Part shown: positions 56,210 to 64,000 of the stretch, piece by piece
Numbering within the stretch: position 1 is the first letter of the stretch
Layout of the letters: each line of letters opens with the position of its first letter
IMG/VR virus record: IMGVR_UViG_3300025892_000010
Direction: 5' to 3' (one strand)
Length of the DNA: 64,000 bases
DNA from: a virus
Notes under the pieces: generated by a model
What the model saw: the letters and a program-made list of their open reading frames with translations, nothing else
Told to the model about the DNA's origin: nothing
Databases searched by the model: none
Translations under genes and position numbers: made by a program

Positions 56210-56898
56210 CTTCTTTTTAATTTTCTTTCTGTAGCCATCCATCTTTTTGCTGTGTATGACTTAATTTTATTTGATAATAAACCTCTTACTGCTTTACCAA
56301 CTTTACTCATTACTATTGTTGTAAGTTCTTTATCGTCTTTACTATTATCTACAATCACCATATTATTCATACCAAATAAATTTTGAAATCTACCAATATT
56401 AGATTGTACACCTTCCCAAGATTTTCTTGTAATATATTCTGGTACGGTTCTCTCTCTTTTTTTATTTCTTTCTAATGCAACATCTAAACTAGTATTAACA
56501 AATATCATATAACAATCATAACCTAATTGTCTTAACATAGCAGTTTGGTTTTTAATCTTATCATAATCTCTACCAGTACCATCAACAACCATACCTAATC
56601 TACCTTTGATAGATAAGTCCATTATATTACCTGTTGTTGCCTTTGCTCTGGCTCTTACTATATCTCTCGCCTCTGCCTCATCTTCAGGCATTTTTAATGA
56701 AAGATTGTTTTTCTTTAATGCATTTTCAAAACCAGTATCAGAGTTAATCATTCTTAAACCTGTACCACCAAAAGCACTTCTTGTCACAAATGTTTTACCA
56801 GAACCTGGACCACCTGCAAGAAAAAATGCCTTAAAAATATTAGGGTCATATAAACCCTCATTTAATTCTGTATATTTTATGTCGTTAAATGTTTTCAT
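56206..56898 (-). CDS. zeta-toxin/PNK-like P-loop kinase
   Basis: MKTFND...LNE leader; FLAGGPGSGKT, INSD, VVDGTG, FVNTSLDVALERN..RER. Confidence 0.8.
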   Translation of the reverse strand: MKTFNDIKYTELNEGLYDPNIFKAFFLAGGPGSGKTFVTRSAFGGTGLRMINSDTGFENALKKNNLSLKMPEDEAEARDIVRARAKATTGNIMDLSIKGRLGMVVDGTGRDYDKIKNQTAMLRQLGYDCYMIFVNTSLDVALERNKKRERTVPEYITRKSWEGVQSNIGRFQNLFGMNNMVIVDNSKDDKELTTIVMSKVGKAVRGLLSNKIKSYTAKRWMATERKLKRR

Positions 56899-57476
56899 CT
56901 TTCTATTCTTTTTATAATTTTATTTGCAATAACTTCAGGCTCTGCACCCTCAGCTTTAATATTTATTAATTGTTCATCAAAATGTTTAATAACAGGACCA
57001 ACTTGTTTTTCGTGTTCTCTTAATCTTTGTTTAATAACTTCTGGTTTATCATCTGCTCTACCTCTGGCCGTCAATCTTCTAATTACTTCTTGTTCAGATA
57101 CTTGTAAGTTAATAATAAAATTATGTTCTATATTATTTTTATCCATTGCTCTTACTTGTTCCATACTTCTAGGAAAACCATCAAATACATATCCGTTTCT
57201 TGCGTCTGGTTTTTTAAGTCTGTCCATAACTTCTCTCATAACAATCTCTGTCGGAGCAAACTTACCATTCGCTAATAATTCTTTTACTCTTTTACCATCT
57301 GGTGTATCTTTCTTTGCCAAGTCTCTCATCATATCACCAGTATAAATGTGTGGTATATTAAAATGTTTTGTAATATATTTTGAGTAAGTTGATTTACCCG
57401 AACCTGGTCCACCTATCATAATAATTTGCCAAGGTCCACCTTTTATTTCTCTTAAAAATCTTTCTACAAATTTCAC
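56895..57476 (-). CDS. adk: adenylate kinase (short-LID type)
   Basis: GGPGSGKST, HIYTGDMMR, FDGFPRS.EQ, RL.ARGRADD; GTG start. Confidence 0.9.
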   Translation of the reverse strand: MKFVERFLREIKGGPWQIIMIGGPGSGKSTYSKYITKHFNIPHIYTGDMMRDLAKKDTPDGKRVKELLANGKFAPTEIVMREVMDRLKKPDARNGYVFDGFPRSMEQVRAMDKNNIEHNFIINLQVSEQEVIRRLTARGRADDKPEVIKQRLREHEKQVGPVIKHFDEQLINIKAEGAEPEVIANKIIKRIER

Positions 57477-57634
57477 TTTTTATATCCTGTACCTTTATCT
57501 CTGTTGCCCCATCTTTTTTGCCAAGCCCAAACACTCATTCTACCACCTATGCTTTCACATATTGAATAGTATTTGTCTAAAACACCAATCATTTTCTTTT
57601 TATATAAATCAATTGTATCTGGTAATGTTCTCAT
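57473..57634 (-). CDS. small hypothetical protein
   Basis: MRTLPDTIDLY...SVWAWQKRWGNRDKGTGYKK; coupled on both sides. Confidence 0.55.
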   Translation of the reverse strand: MRTLPDTIDLYKKKMIGVLDKYYSICESIGGRMSVWAWQKRWGNRDKGTGYKK

Positions 57635-58851
57635 TAATTCCATCCTTTAGGCATTGTAAAGTTTTGCCTACTAAATTCTAATCTATCTACAAGTTTAACT
57701 GCACCTGCAACTCTATCAACGGCCACATATCCTTCAGGAGCGGTTACTCTATAACCACTTGAAGTTCTAACAAAATGACCTATACTTTGAATTTGATTCA
57801 TCTTTCTTAATAAAGTATTTTTAGCATTCGCTAAAGTAATATGACTTGCAATCGCAAAGTATAATGCTGTTCTATTTCTTTTGATAAAATTCATACCTTC
57901 TTTTTTTGCTTTTTGGTATGGTGCTTTACCTCTATCAGTTTTCTTACTATCAATTTCTTTATCTAATACGTTTTCGTAATATGTTTCAAATCTTTTTTGC
58001 ATATCTCTTACACCACCCATATTACCTTGCGTTGTTTTGATAAAGTGATTAAAGAAAGTTTTTAATCTAAATCCAACCGTATTAGTGTCTTGACTTGTTT
58101 TAGACATTTCATTTAACATAGGAGCTGCTTTAGATAAAGAGCCTTCAGCCATTCTTATTTGTGCGTCAAAAGCTTTTAGTTCATTAGCATTAAACATAAC
58201 TGAACCAGACTTATCTGTATATTGAGCAGACGCTAAAAATATATTTGAACCACCATTACCTCTAACGGTACCAAAACCTGCTGATAAACTTTTCATATTT
58301 TTACCAGTATATGATGTATGAAATACAATGCCCATTTTGGCTCTAGCAATTTGTTTACCGATATTACTATCTACCGGTACTGCATATGTAATTGTATTAG
58401 GTGTAAATGAAAGCATTTTTTCACCATCAATATTTACTACTTTTAAATCGTCTGTAAATAATAGGTCGCCTTGCAAGATACCTTTGATTGGTAATTTTTT
58501 AAGATAATTAAAACAATATGCAAGTTTTTGAGCTGCACCACCTGTGCCGTGATTTTTTTTAATATCTGATATTGAATAATTGATTTTAGGTGTGACGTTG
58601 AATACTGATTTAGTACCAACAAAGAATTTTCCGTTTTCTGGATTTTGGCCACATATAATAGCAGGCGCACCGTCCCATTTAACGGTCATATTAACTGCAC
58701 CTTTGGCATTACCAGCCAACATATTTCTAACTGATTTTAGAAAGCTTATTGCATTATCACCACCTTTGGCACCGTTATTAATAATATCATCTTCTAGGTG
58801 TTCAAGGTGTGTGTTTTTGTCCTGTGTAAAGAAACCTTTAAAACTAAACAT
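57634..58851 (-). CDS. DUF6267-like protein with ATP-dependent ligase/nucleotidyltransferase motifs
   Basis: KNTHLEHLED; motif I TVKWDG, III LQGDLLF, IV PEGYVA, V VKLVDR. Confidence 0.75.
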   Translation of the reverse strand: MFSFKGFFTQDKNTHLEHLEDDIINNGAKGGDNAISFLKSVRNMLAGNAKGAVNMTVKWDGAPAIICGQNPENGKFFVGTKSVFNVTPKINYSISDIKKNHGTGGAAQKLAYCFNYLKKLPIKGILQGDLLFTDDLKVVNIDGEKMLSFTPNTITYAVPVDSNIGKQIARAKMGIVFHTSYTGKNMKSLSAGFGTVRGNGGSNIFLASAQYTDKSGSVMFNANELKAFDAQIRMAEGSLSKAAPMLNEMSKTSQDTNTVGFRLKTFFNHFIKTTQGNMGGVRDMQKRFETYYENVLDKEIDSKKTDRGKAPYQKAKKEGMNFIKRNRTALYFAIASHITLANAKNTLLRKMNQIQSIGHFVRTSSGYRVTAPEGYVAVDRVAGAVKLVDRLEFSRQNFTMPKGWN

Positions 58852-58910
58852 TTGTTCTCCAATTTATCCATTTATATAATAATCACTAACCCATTAACAA
58901 ATCATACTAC

Positions 58911-58918
58911 TATTTATA
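58911..58918 (-). promoter_or_regulatory. T4-type late promoter TATAAATA
   Basis: Exact motif heading the 58851-50174 operon. Confidence 0.8.
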
Positions 58919-60394
58919 CTATGAAACCTTTAGAAAAAAGGTAGAAATATCCGTATTAGACATAGCATATCTAACAATCTGTCTTGAAAATTCATCTAGT
59001 TTTTTACCTTTTTTATCAGCTTCAACTGCCTCTAAAAAAAGTAAACCCATATATTTACCAAAATAAAAAGCTTTACTTTTATTTTGGCCTCTTTGTGTAT
59101 ATTCATCTGCGCTCTTTTTAAATATGTCTTCAGCTACCACGTCTTGTTTTTCAGTACCAGGTTTTTGTTTGTTTATAAATCTGGTATATAAATTGTAAAA
59201 GTTTTGAAGGTTAATATCTTTATAGTAAGTCTCTCTATAAGTTGATAGCTTACTTCTATGACCAATGGTTCTGTTAAAATTCTTTTCTACATAATGATTG
59301 ACAACACCACCACCTATTTTACCAGCAGCTGCATATTTGCCTTTCATTTCACCTTGCCAAGATTTAATTGTTTCCATAGCTCTTAATTGCATTTGACCAC
59401 CATCATTAAAATGTAAGTAAACATCTGCTGAATTAAAAAAATCTCCTGTCTGACCAAAAGTAAAACCAGTAAATTTTGTATCGGTATTATGAGTTCTTTT
59501 TCTAGTATTAAATGGTGTTACCGTTGCTTGTGAACCACCAACTTTTTTTAAAGATATACCTAAAGTATGTTCATCAACTTTATCTCTAACTGCCTCTCTT
59601 AATTCTGTCCATTCTACTGGTAAAGTTTTTTCATCTTTAGAAAATGGTAATCTACTAGTAGGTTGTTTTGTACTCATCCATATATCTCCTGGATTCCACT
59701 TATCATCATTAAAAGAACCAGGTGCTATAGGTGGATTGTTAACTTTCTTATCGTAGTCTTGAGCTTTCTTTTTATTATCATAAACAGCTTTCATAAAAGG
59801 AGACCCTCTATGAAAATAAACTTTTTTATTTTTAAAAACTTTTACATACTGCGAATTATAAATTGCATTGGCAGACTTTATAAAAACATCTGTTTTAAAC
59901 CAATCTTCAGGACATTTTTCGTATAAATCTTCAATTTTGTTTCTTTGAGATTTATCATAAGTAAAACAATAATCGTGTTGTTTTTTTAGTGCTTTTATAT
60001 CTGTATTTTGATTAGTTAATTTAGTAGCACTAGTATTAAAAAGTATAGATAGAAAATAACATTGTAATGATTCAGTTATAGCCGTGTCGTTTGCACCACC
60101 ACCTGAACCTTTACCACCACCAAAATCGGGGTCTTTGAAAAATTTAGAAACTAAATCTCTACCTGTTTCAGTTCTTCCTGATTTACTATTAGAATATACA
60201 ATAGTATATTTGTCTTTTTGGTCTTTAACTAATTTTAAACCATAGACTTTTCTACCATTAGCATTTTGACCTAATATAAATTCTTTTTTATCTTTGACTT
60301 TACATTCAAAAATACTTTCATAATCCTTACCTTTATAAGGACCACCGCTGGCTGTGTACTTGTCTCTAAATCTAGTAGCTGATAATTGACCCAT
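58919..60394 (-). CDS. PD-(D/E)XK nuclease-like hypothetical protein
   Basis: TESLQC, DKWNPGDIW, GISLKK; upstream GATAAATA late-promoter variant. Confidence 0.55.
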   Translation of the reverse strand: MGQLSATRFRDKYTASGGPYKGKDYESIFECKVKDKKEFILGQNANGRKVYGLKLVKDQKDKYTIVYSNSKSGRTETGRDLVSKFFKDPDFGGGKGSGGGANDTAITESLQCYFLSILFNTSATKLTNQNTDIKALKKQHDYCFTYDKSQRNKIEDLYEKCPEDWFKTDVFIKSANAIYNSQYVKVFKNKKVYFHRGSPFMKAVYDNKKKAQDYDKKVNNPPIAPGSFNDDKWNPGDIWMSTKQPTSRLPFSKDEKTLPVEWTELREAVRDKVDEHTLGISLKKVGGSQATVTPFNTRKRTHNTDTKFTGFTFGQTGDFFNSADVYLHFNDGGQMQLRAMETIKSWQGEMKGKYAAAGKIGGGVVNHYVEKNFNRTIGHRSKLSTYRETYYKDINLQNFYNLYTRFINKQKPGTEKQDVVAEDIFKKSADEYTQRGQNKSKAFYFGKYMGLLFLEAVEADKKGKKLDEFSRQIVRYAMSNTDISTFFLKVS

Positions 60395-60415
60395 ATGTCT
60401 CTCCCTACATACTAT

Positions 60416-60691
60416 TTATCTTTTTGACATATAGTTTAAACATAAAAAAGGTGGTACGCCACCATTTACTTGCCAAACTTTATTTTTATTTTGAAAATCT
60501 ACAATCTTCTTTGCGTCTTCTTCAAAAAAATATTCATTAATAACAGAATTGGTTGGCTGTTCAATAACTTGCCAGACCATTTTTCTACCACGTTTTACTA
60601 GTTTTGTATTGTAAGACAATTTACCCTTTTGACCTCCTGGTCTCTTATCACCTTTATGAAATCTAACTTTTTGTTTTTTAGTTTTTGGCAT
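60416..60691 (-). CDS. basic hypothetical protein
   Basis: Coupled to helicase; FHKGD.RP; NGG.PPFL. Confidence 0.6.
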   Translation of the reverse strand: MPKTKKQKVRFHKGDKRPGGQKGKLSYNTKLVKRGRKMVWQVIEQPTNSVINEYFFEEDAKKIVDFQNKNKVWQVNGGVPPFLCLNYMSKR

Positions 60692-62064
60692 TATACCTTA
60701 AAGTCACTAAACTTATCGTAAGCAACTTCTTTTTGGGGTTTAACTTCTCTTTGGTTGCTGTCAACAATATTTTGTGCTGATTGACCAACATCATATAGTC
60801 TCATCTTGGCTCTATCTACACCTATGATAAATGACCTGTTGACGCTTGGGTCATTGTATCTATTTTTAAGTTGTTTAACTTTCATTTGACCTAGTTGTTC
60901 TAGTTCTTCATTACTAATCAAAGCAAACATAAAGTCTGCTGTTGCTGGTAGACCAAAAGATTCAGACGTGTCTTCTAATCCAATATCACTTGAAGTGAAA
61001 CCTGTTCTAGTTGTTTGTGTTGCACTAAAGATTGGTACATTAAATTCTACTGCAAGACCTCTTAACTCTTCAGCAATAGCCTTAATATAGAAATAAGAAC
61101 CAATATTTCCACCTTTAAATCTACTTGAAGCACATATGTTTAAATAATCAATAAAGATAATATCTGGTCTAAATGATTTCTTTAATGCTAGTTCATCTAT
61201 TAATGATTTAAAGTGACCACTATGAGCAGACGCTGTTGGATATTCTTTAATAATAAGTTTACCATAAGTCTTGTCTGATATTTTTTTCATCTTATTTTCA
61301 TACAAGTCTTTAGGCATTACGTGTAGGTCATCCATAGAAACGTCTAATAAGTTAGCGTCTATTCTTTCTGCAATTCTTTCCTCTGCCATTTCTAAAGTAA
61401 TATATAAAACATTTTGACCCTCTGTTAAGAAGTTAGAAGCCATATGACACATAAACAAAGATTTACCAACACCGGTACCTGCTAATGCAATATTCAATGT
61501 CTTAGCTGGAACACCACCTTTGGTAATTCTATTCATATATTCTAAATCAAATTTATATCTTTTCTCTTTAGTATGGTACCAATCATATCTTTTTTCTGCG
61601 TCTTCTATATAATCGTGACCAACTGACTTGTCAAATGATACTGCTAATGCGTCTGATAATATATGTGGTATGGCCTCTGCTGTTTGTTTCTTATCTTTGC
61701 CATCTAATATTTTAATGCCACTTAATACTGCATTGTGAACAGCACGGTCTTTACACCACTTTTCAGTAGTATCTAAAAGCCATTGTTCATCTGTCTCCAG
61801 ATTTTTAACTGCATTTACATAGTCTTTTATATTATTGTGTTCAGTATCATTAATATCTTTTCTACTATTAACTTCAATTAGTATAGCGTCTTTTGTAGGT
61901 ACATTATTATACTTTGTAATAAAATCAAATATGGTAGTAAATAATACCTGTTCAGTTCTTTCAACAAAGTAATCTTCTTTTAGAAAAGGTAAAACTTTTC
62001 TAGCATACTCTTCTTTGTGAAATAAATTACTTAATATGGTATATTCTATTCTATCACTTATCAT
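60691..62064 (-). CDS. gp41: replicative helicase gp41
   Basis: LAGTGVGKSLFMCH, ITLEMAEE, IKEYPT, IDYLNIC, SATQT.R, QLKNRY. Confidence 0.97.
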   Translation of the reverse strand: MISDRIEYTILSNLFHKEEYARKVLPFLKEDYFVERTEQVLFTTIFDFITKYNNVPTKDAILIEVNSRKDINDTEHNNIKDYVNAVKNLETDEQWLLDTTEKWCKDRAVHNAVLSGIKILDGKDKKQTAEAIPHILSDALAVSFDKSVGHDYIEDAEKRYDWYHTKEKRYKFDLEYMNRITKGGVPAKTLNIALAGTGVGKSLFMCHMASNFLTEGQNVLYITLEMAEERIAERIDANLLDVSMDDLHVMPKDLYENKMKKISDKTYGKLIIKEYPTASAHSGHFKSLIDELALKKSFRPDIIFIDYLNICASSRFKGGNIGSYFYIKAIAEELRGLAVEFNVPIFSATQTTRTGFTSSDIGLEDTSESFGLPATADFMFALISNEELEQLGQMKVKQLKNRYNDPSVNRSFIIGVDRAKMRLYDVGQSAQNIVDSNQREVKPQKEVAYDKFSDFKV

Positions 62065-62389
62065 TTATTATATCACCTCTCTCTAATTGGTCTTCTAATA
62101 GTTCTAATAGTATATCGCCAATATAATCTATAAATTCTTTATTGTCAAGCAGTATTAGATTTTTAGGATTTTTTTTAACGGTGTAATCAAACTTCATAGG
62201 AAGTTTACCGTCTTTTTCAACTTCACTCTCTGGAGCAAATGCAACTCTACCGTAGTGGTAAATTACATCTTTGAATTTACCCTCTGTAATTTTAACGCAA
62301 GAAAAGTCTTCGCCTTCTTTTTGTGCAAAGACGTATCTTTTAGGCTTCGTCTTCTTGTCCGTATGTAAATTTTCGTTTTGTGTGTTCAT
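62054..62389 (-). CDS. hypothetical protein (gp40-position gene)
   Basis: [25 protein letters not shown]; between uvsX and gp41. Confidence 0.6.
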   Translation of the reverse strand: MNTQNENLHTDKKTKPKRYVFAQKEGEDFSCVKITEGKFKDVIYHYGRVAFAPESEVEKDGKLPMKFDYTVKKNPKNLILLDNKEFIDYIGDILLELLEDQLERGDIINDK

Positions 62390-63377
62390 CAATCTTATCC
62401 AATACCTCTTTTGTAAAATACTTTTCAGGCTCTGTATTGATAGACTTACCAAATACTTTTGTACCATCAGGCATTTCATATCTAGTAGATACTTTCTTAA
62501 ACACACCGGCTTCTTCACCTAGTTCTAACAGACCATAATGTCTATCTAAACCTTGTTTATATGAAAGTCTTACATCTATTTGAGCATTTTCTTTTGTTAT
62601 TCTTGACTTATAATTTTTACAATGAATAATATTACCAACTACCTCTGTGCCATCTTTTTCTTTTCTTTTGCTTAGGTAGATGATTGATGAAGCAGCGTAT
62701 TTCAAACCCGAACCGCCACCCATTTCTTTTTGTGGAAACATAGAACCAATTACATCATATGTATGATTGGTCATAATCATAGGAACACCTGCTTGACCTA
62801 GTTTTAAGGTCAATACTCTGAAAGTAGATTTGACAATTTGACTTCTTGTCATATCTCTTGTTTCTTTACCAGCAGCTGTATCTTCCATTTCTTTTGTAGT
62901 AGATAACATACCTAAACTATCTAATACAAACATCATAGGTTTTCTTTTAGCTTCTGGTTGTTCCAAATATTTGTCAATCACTTTAATTGATTGAGCTCTG
63001 AATTCTTGTACCGTTGCAACTGGCATTACAACTATTCTTGAGCTGTCAACACCTCTACTCTCAATCATATCTTTTGATATTGCATTTTCTGATTCAAAGT
63101 AAATTACACCTGCGTCTTTGTCACTATCTAAAAAGTGTTTTACTATGCCTAATGCAAAGAAAGTTTTACCTGTTGCAGCTTCGCCGGCGATTGCCGTAAT
63201 TCTATTGTTAGGTAGACCACCATAGATACTACCTGATAACAAAGCATTAAATGAATATGAACCGGTGTCTATAAAAGAATCTACATCACCGCCTGACACT
63301 CCGTCTTTAGCTAGTGTCGCATATTCATTACCTGTTTCTTTAATTATGTCCTTTAAAAAGTCGCTCATATTCTTCAT
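62340..63377 (-). CDS. uvsX: recombinase UvsX
   Basis: [43 protein letters not shown]. Confidence 0.96.
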   Translation of the reverse strand: MKNMSDFLKDIIKETGNEYATLAKDGVSGGDVDSFIDTGSYSFNALLSGSIYGGLPNNRITAIAGEAATGKTFFALGIVKHFLDSDKDAGVIYFESENAISKDMIESRGVDSSRIVVMPVATVQEFRAQSIKVIDKYLEQPEAKRKPMMFVLDSLGMLSTTKEMEDTAAGKETRDMTRSQIVKSTFRVLTLKLGQAGVPMIMTNHTYDVIGSMFPQKEMGGGSGLKYAASSIIYLSKRKEKDGTEVVGNIIHCKNYKSRITKENAQIDVRLSYKQGLDRHYGLLELGEEAGVFKKVSTRYEMPDGTKVFGKSINTEPEKYFTKEVLDKIDEHTKRKFTYGQEDEA

Positions 63378-63510
63378 TCTCCTTGTCGGTATAAGTTATA
63401 GTATACCATTTTATGTTTTCATTATAACAAAATTGCTTGATAATGTCAAGCTTATCCGGCGAGAAGTCCAAATATATGTATTTTGGTTGTTTGAATATTG
63501 TTATTCTCAT
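63340..63510 (-). CDS. small hypothetical protein
   Basis: [38 protein letters not shown]...; contains the uvsX promoter. Confidence 0.5.
   Translation of the reverse strand: MRITIFKQPKYIYLDFSPDKLDIIKQFCYNENIKWYTITYTDKENEEYERLFKGHN
63421..63449 (-). promoter_or_regulatory. sigma70-type promoter for uvsX
   Basis: TTGACA-17-TATAAT with extended TG. Confidence 0.8.
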
Positions 63511-63513
63511 TCA

Positions 63514-64000
63514 TTAACGGATAATATCTATATTACTATCTTTTGTCCATACTTCTAGTTCACTTCTTAAACGCTTTTCTTCTTGTAGTTTGTAAAAACG
63601 TTTAGTAGCTAACTTACGCCACCATTCTATAATCTCATTGTCGTAATACCGTTCATAGTTTTTTGCTCTAACTATTGTATCAGTTTTACCATTTACTATA
63701 TCTATATAGTTCTCAACACCATAGTTAGATACATAATATCTTTTTTGTTCAGTTAAATTCTTTGCATTTGCAATGGTTTGATTAAATTTTTTAAGTTCAT
63801 CTCCTTCTAATGCTCTTTTTGCAAGACCAATAATAGCTGTGGTCATTTTTAACTTTCTACTAGAAGCGTCTTCTTTTACTAACTCACCTTTACCTATAAT
63901 GTTTTCAACATACTCTACCATATCTAGGTATGGTTTGCCGTGCAACATTGGTATAAAATCTGAAATAGTATTACCTTTGTATCTCAACATAGGTTTCATA
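63514..64000 (-). CDS. hypothetical protein, C-terminal part (truncated by window end)
   Basis: SSRKLK, EQKRYY, WWRKLATKR, LEVW; frame open to the window edge. Confidence 0.6.
   Translation of the reverse strand, partial: MKPMLRYKGNTISDFIPMLHGKPYLDMVEYVENIIGKGELVKEDASSRKLKMTTAIIGLAKRALEGDELKKFNQTIANAKNLTEQKRYYVSNYGVENYIDIVNGKTDTIVRAKNYERYYDNEIIEWWRKLATKRFYKLQEEKRLRSELEVWTKDSNIDIIR

Noticed and set aside
56206-56898. Epsilon-zeta toxin-antitoxin pair
   Set aside because: No epsilon-like antitoxin recognisable; the fold is shared with many small-molecule and polynucleotide kinases
575-63558. Numerous plus-strand ORFs in the track (e.g. 4781-5557, 41419-42378)
   Set aside because: Antisense shadows of well-supported minus-strand genes, with no RBS or motifs; only gp4 is accepted
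1-64000. Genome-wide stop-codon reassignment
   Set aside because: Core genes are intact in code 11, and many end at TGA or TAG with the next gene overlapping or immediately following

Overview
AT-rich 64 kb segment of a T4-like (myovirus) bacteriophage genome, almost entirely coded on the minus strand (gp4 is the only convincing plus-strand gene). It contains baseplate/tail genes (gp53, gp48, gp4, gp26/gp51, gp54-like, tape-measure-like), gp2, gp32, gp59, gp33, nrdA/nrdB/glutaredoxin, primase, helicase and UvsX. Accessory content includes a peroxiredoxin, a glycosyltransferase island, an envelope-lipoprotein cluster, lysis genes (spanins, M15 peptidase, GH73), T4 late promoters (TATAAATA) and many sigma70 promoters. 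A permuted, two-piece alphaproteobacterial-type tmRNA gene and the overall gene content point to a marine alphaproteobacterial host such as SAR11 (inference). The most notable candidates are: (1) a late operon of enzymes (ligase-fold protein, adenylate kinase, zeta/PNK-like kinase, pol-beta NTase-cytidylyltransferase fusion, putative polyprotein) carrying T4-style capsid-targeting leaders, i.e. a possibly virion-packaged and injected nucleotide/RNA-processing kit; (2) the phage tmRNA; (3) three recoding candidates: a -1 frameshift gp26->gp51 upstream of the tape measure, a -1 slip at an A10 tract adding a membrane anchor, and UGA readthrough of the M15 peptidase; (4) a 37-aa metallothionein-like ORF, structured intergenic RNAs, leaderless transcripts and strong GATC avoidance. 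All family assignments come from motif recognition by eye, not database searches.
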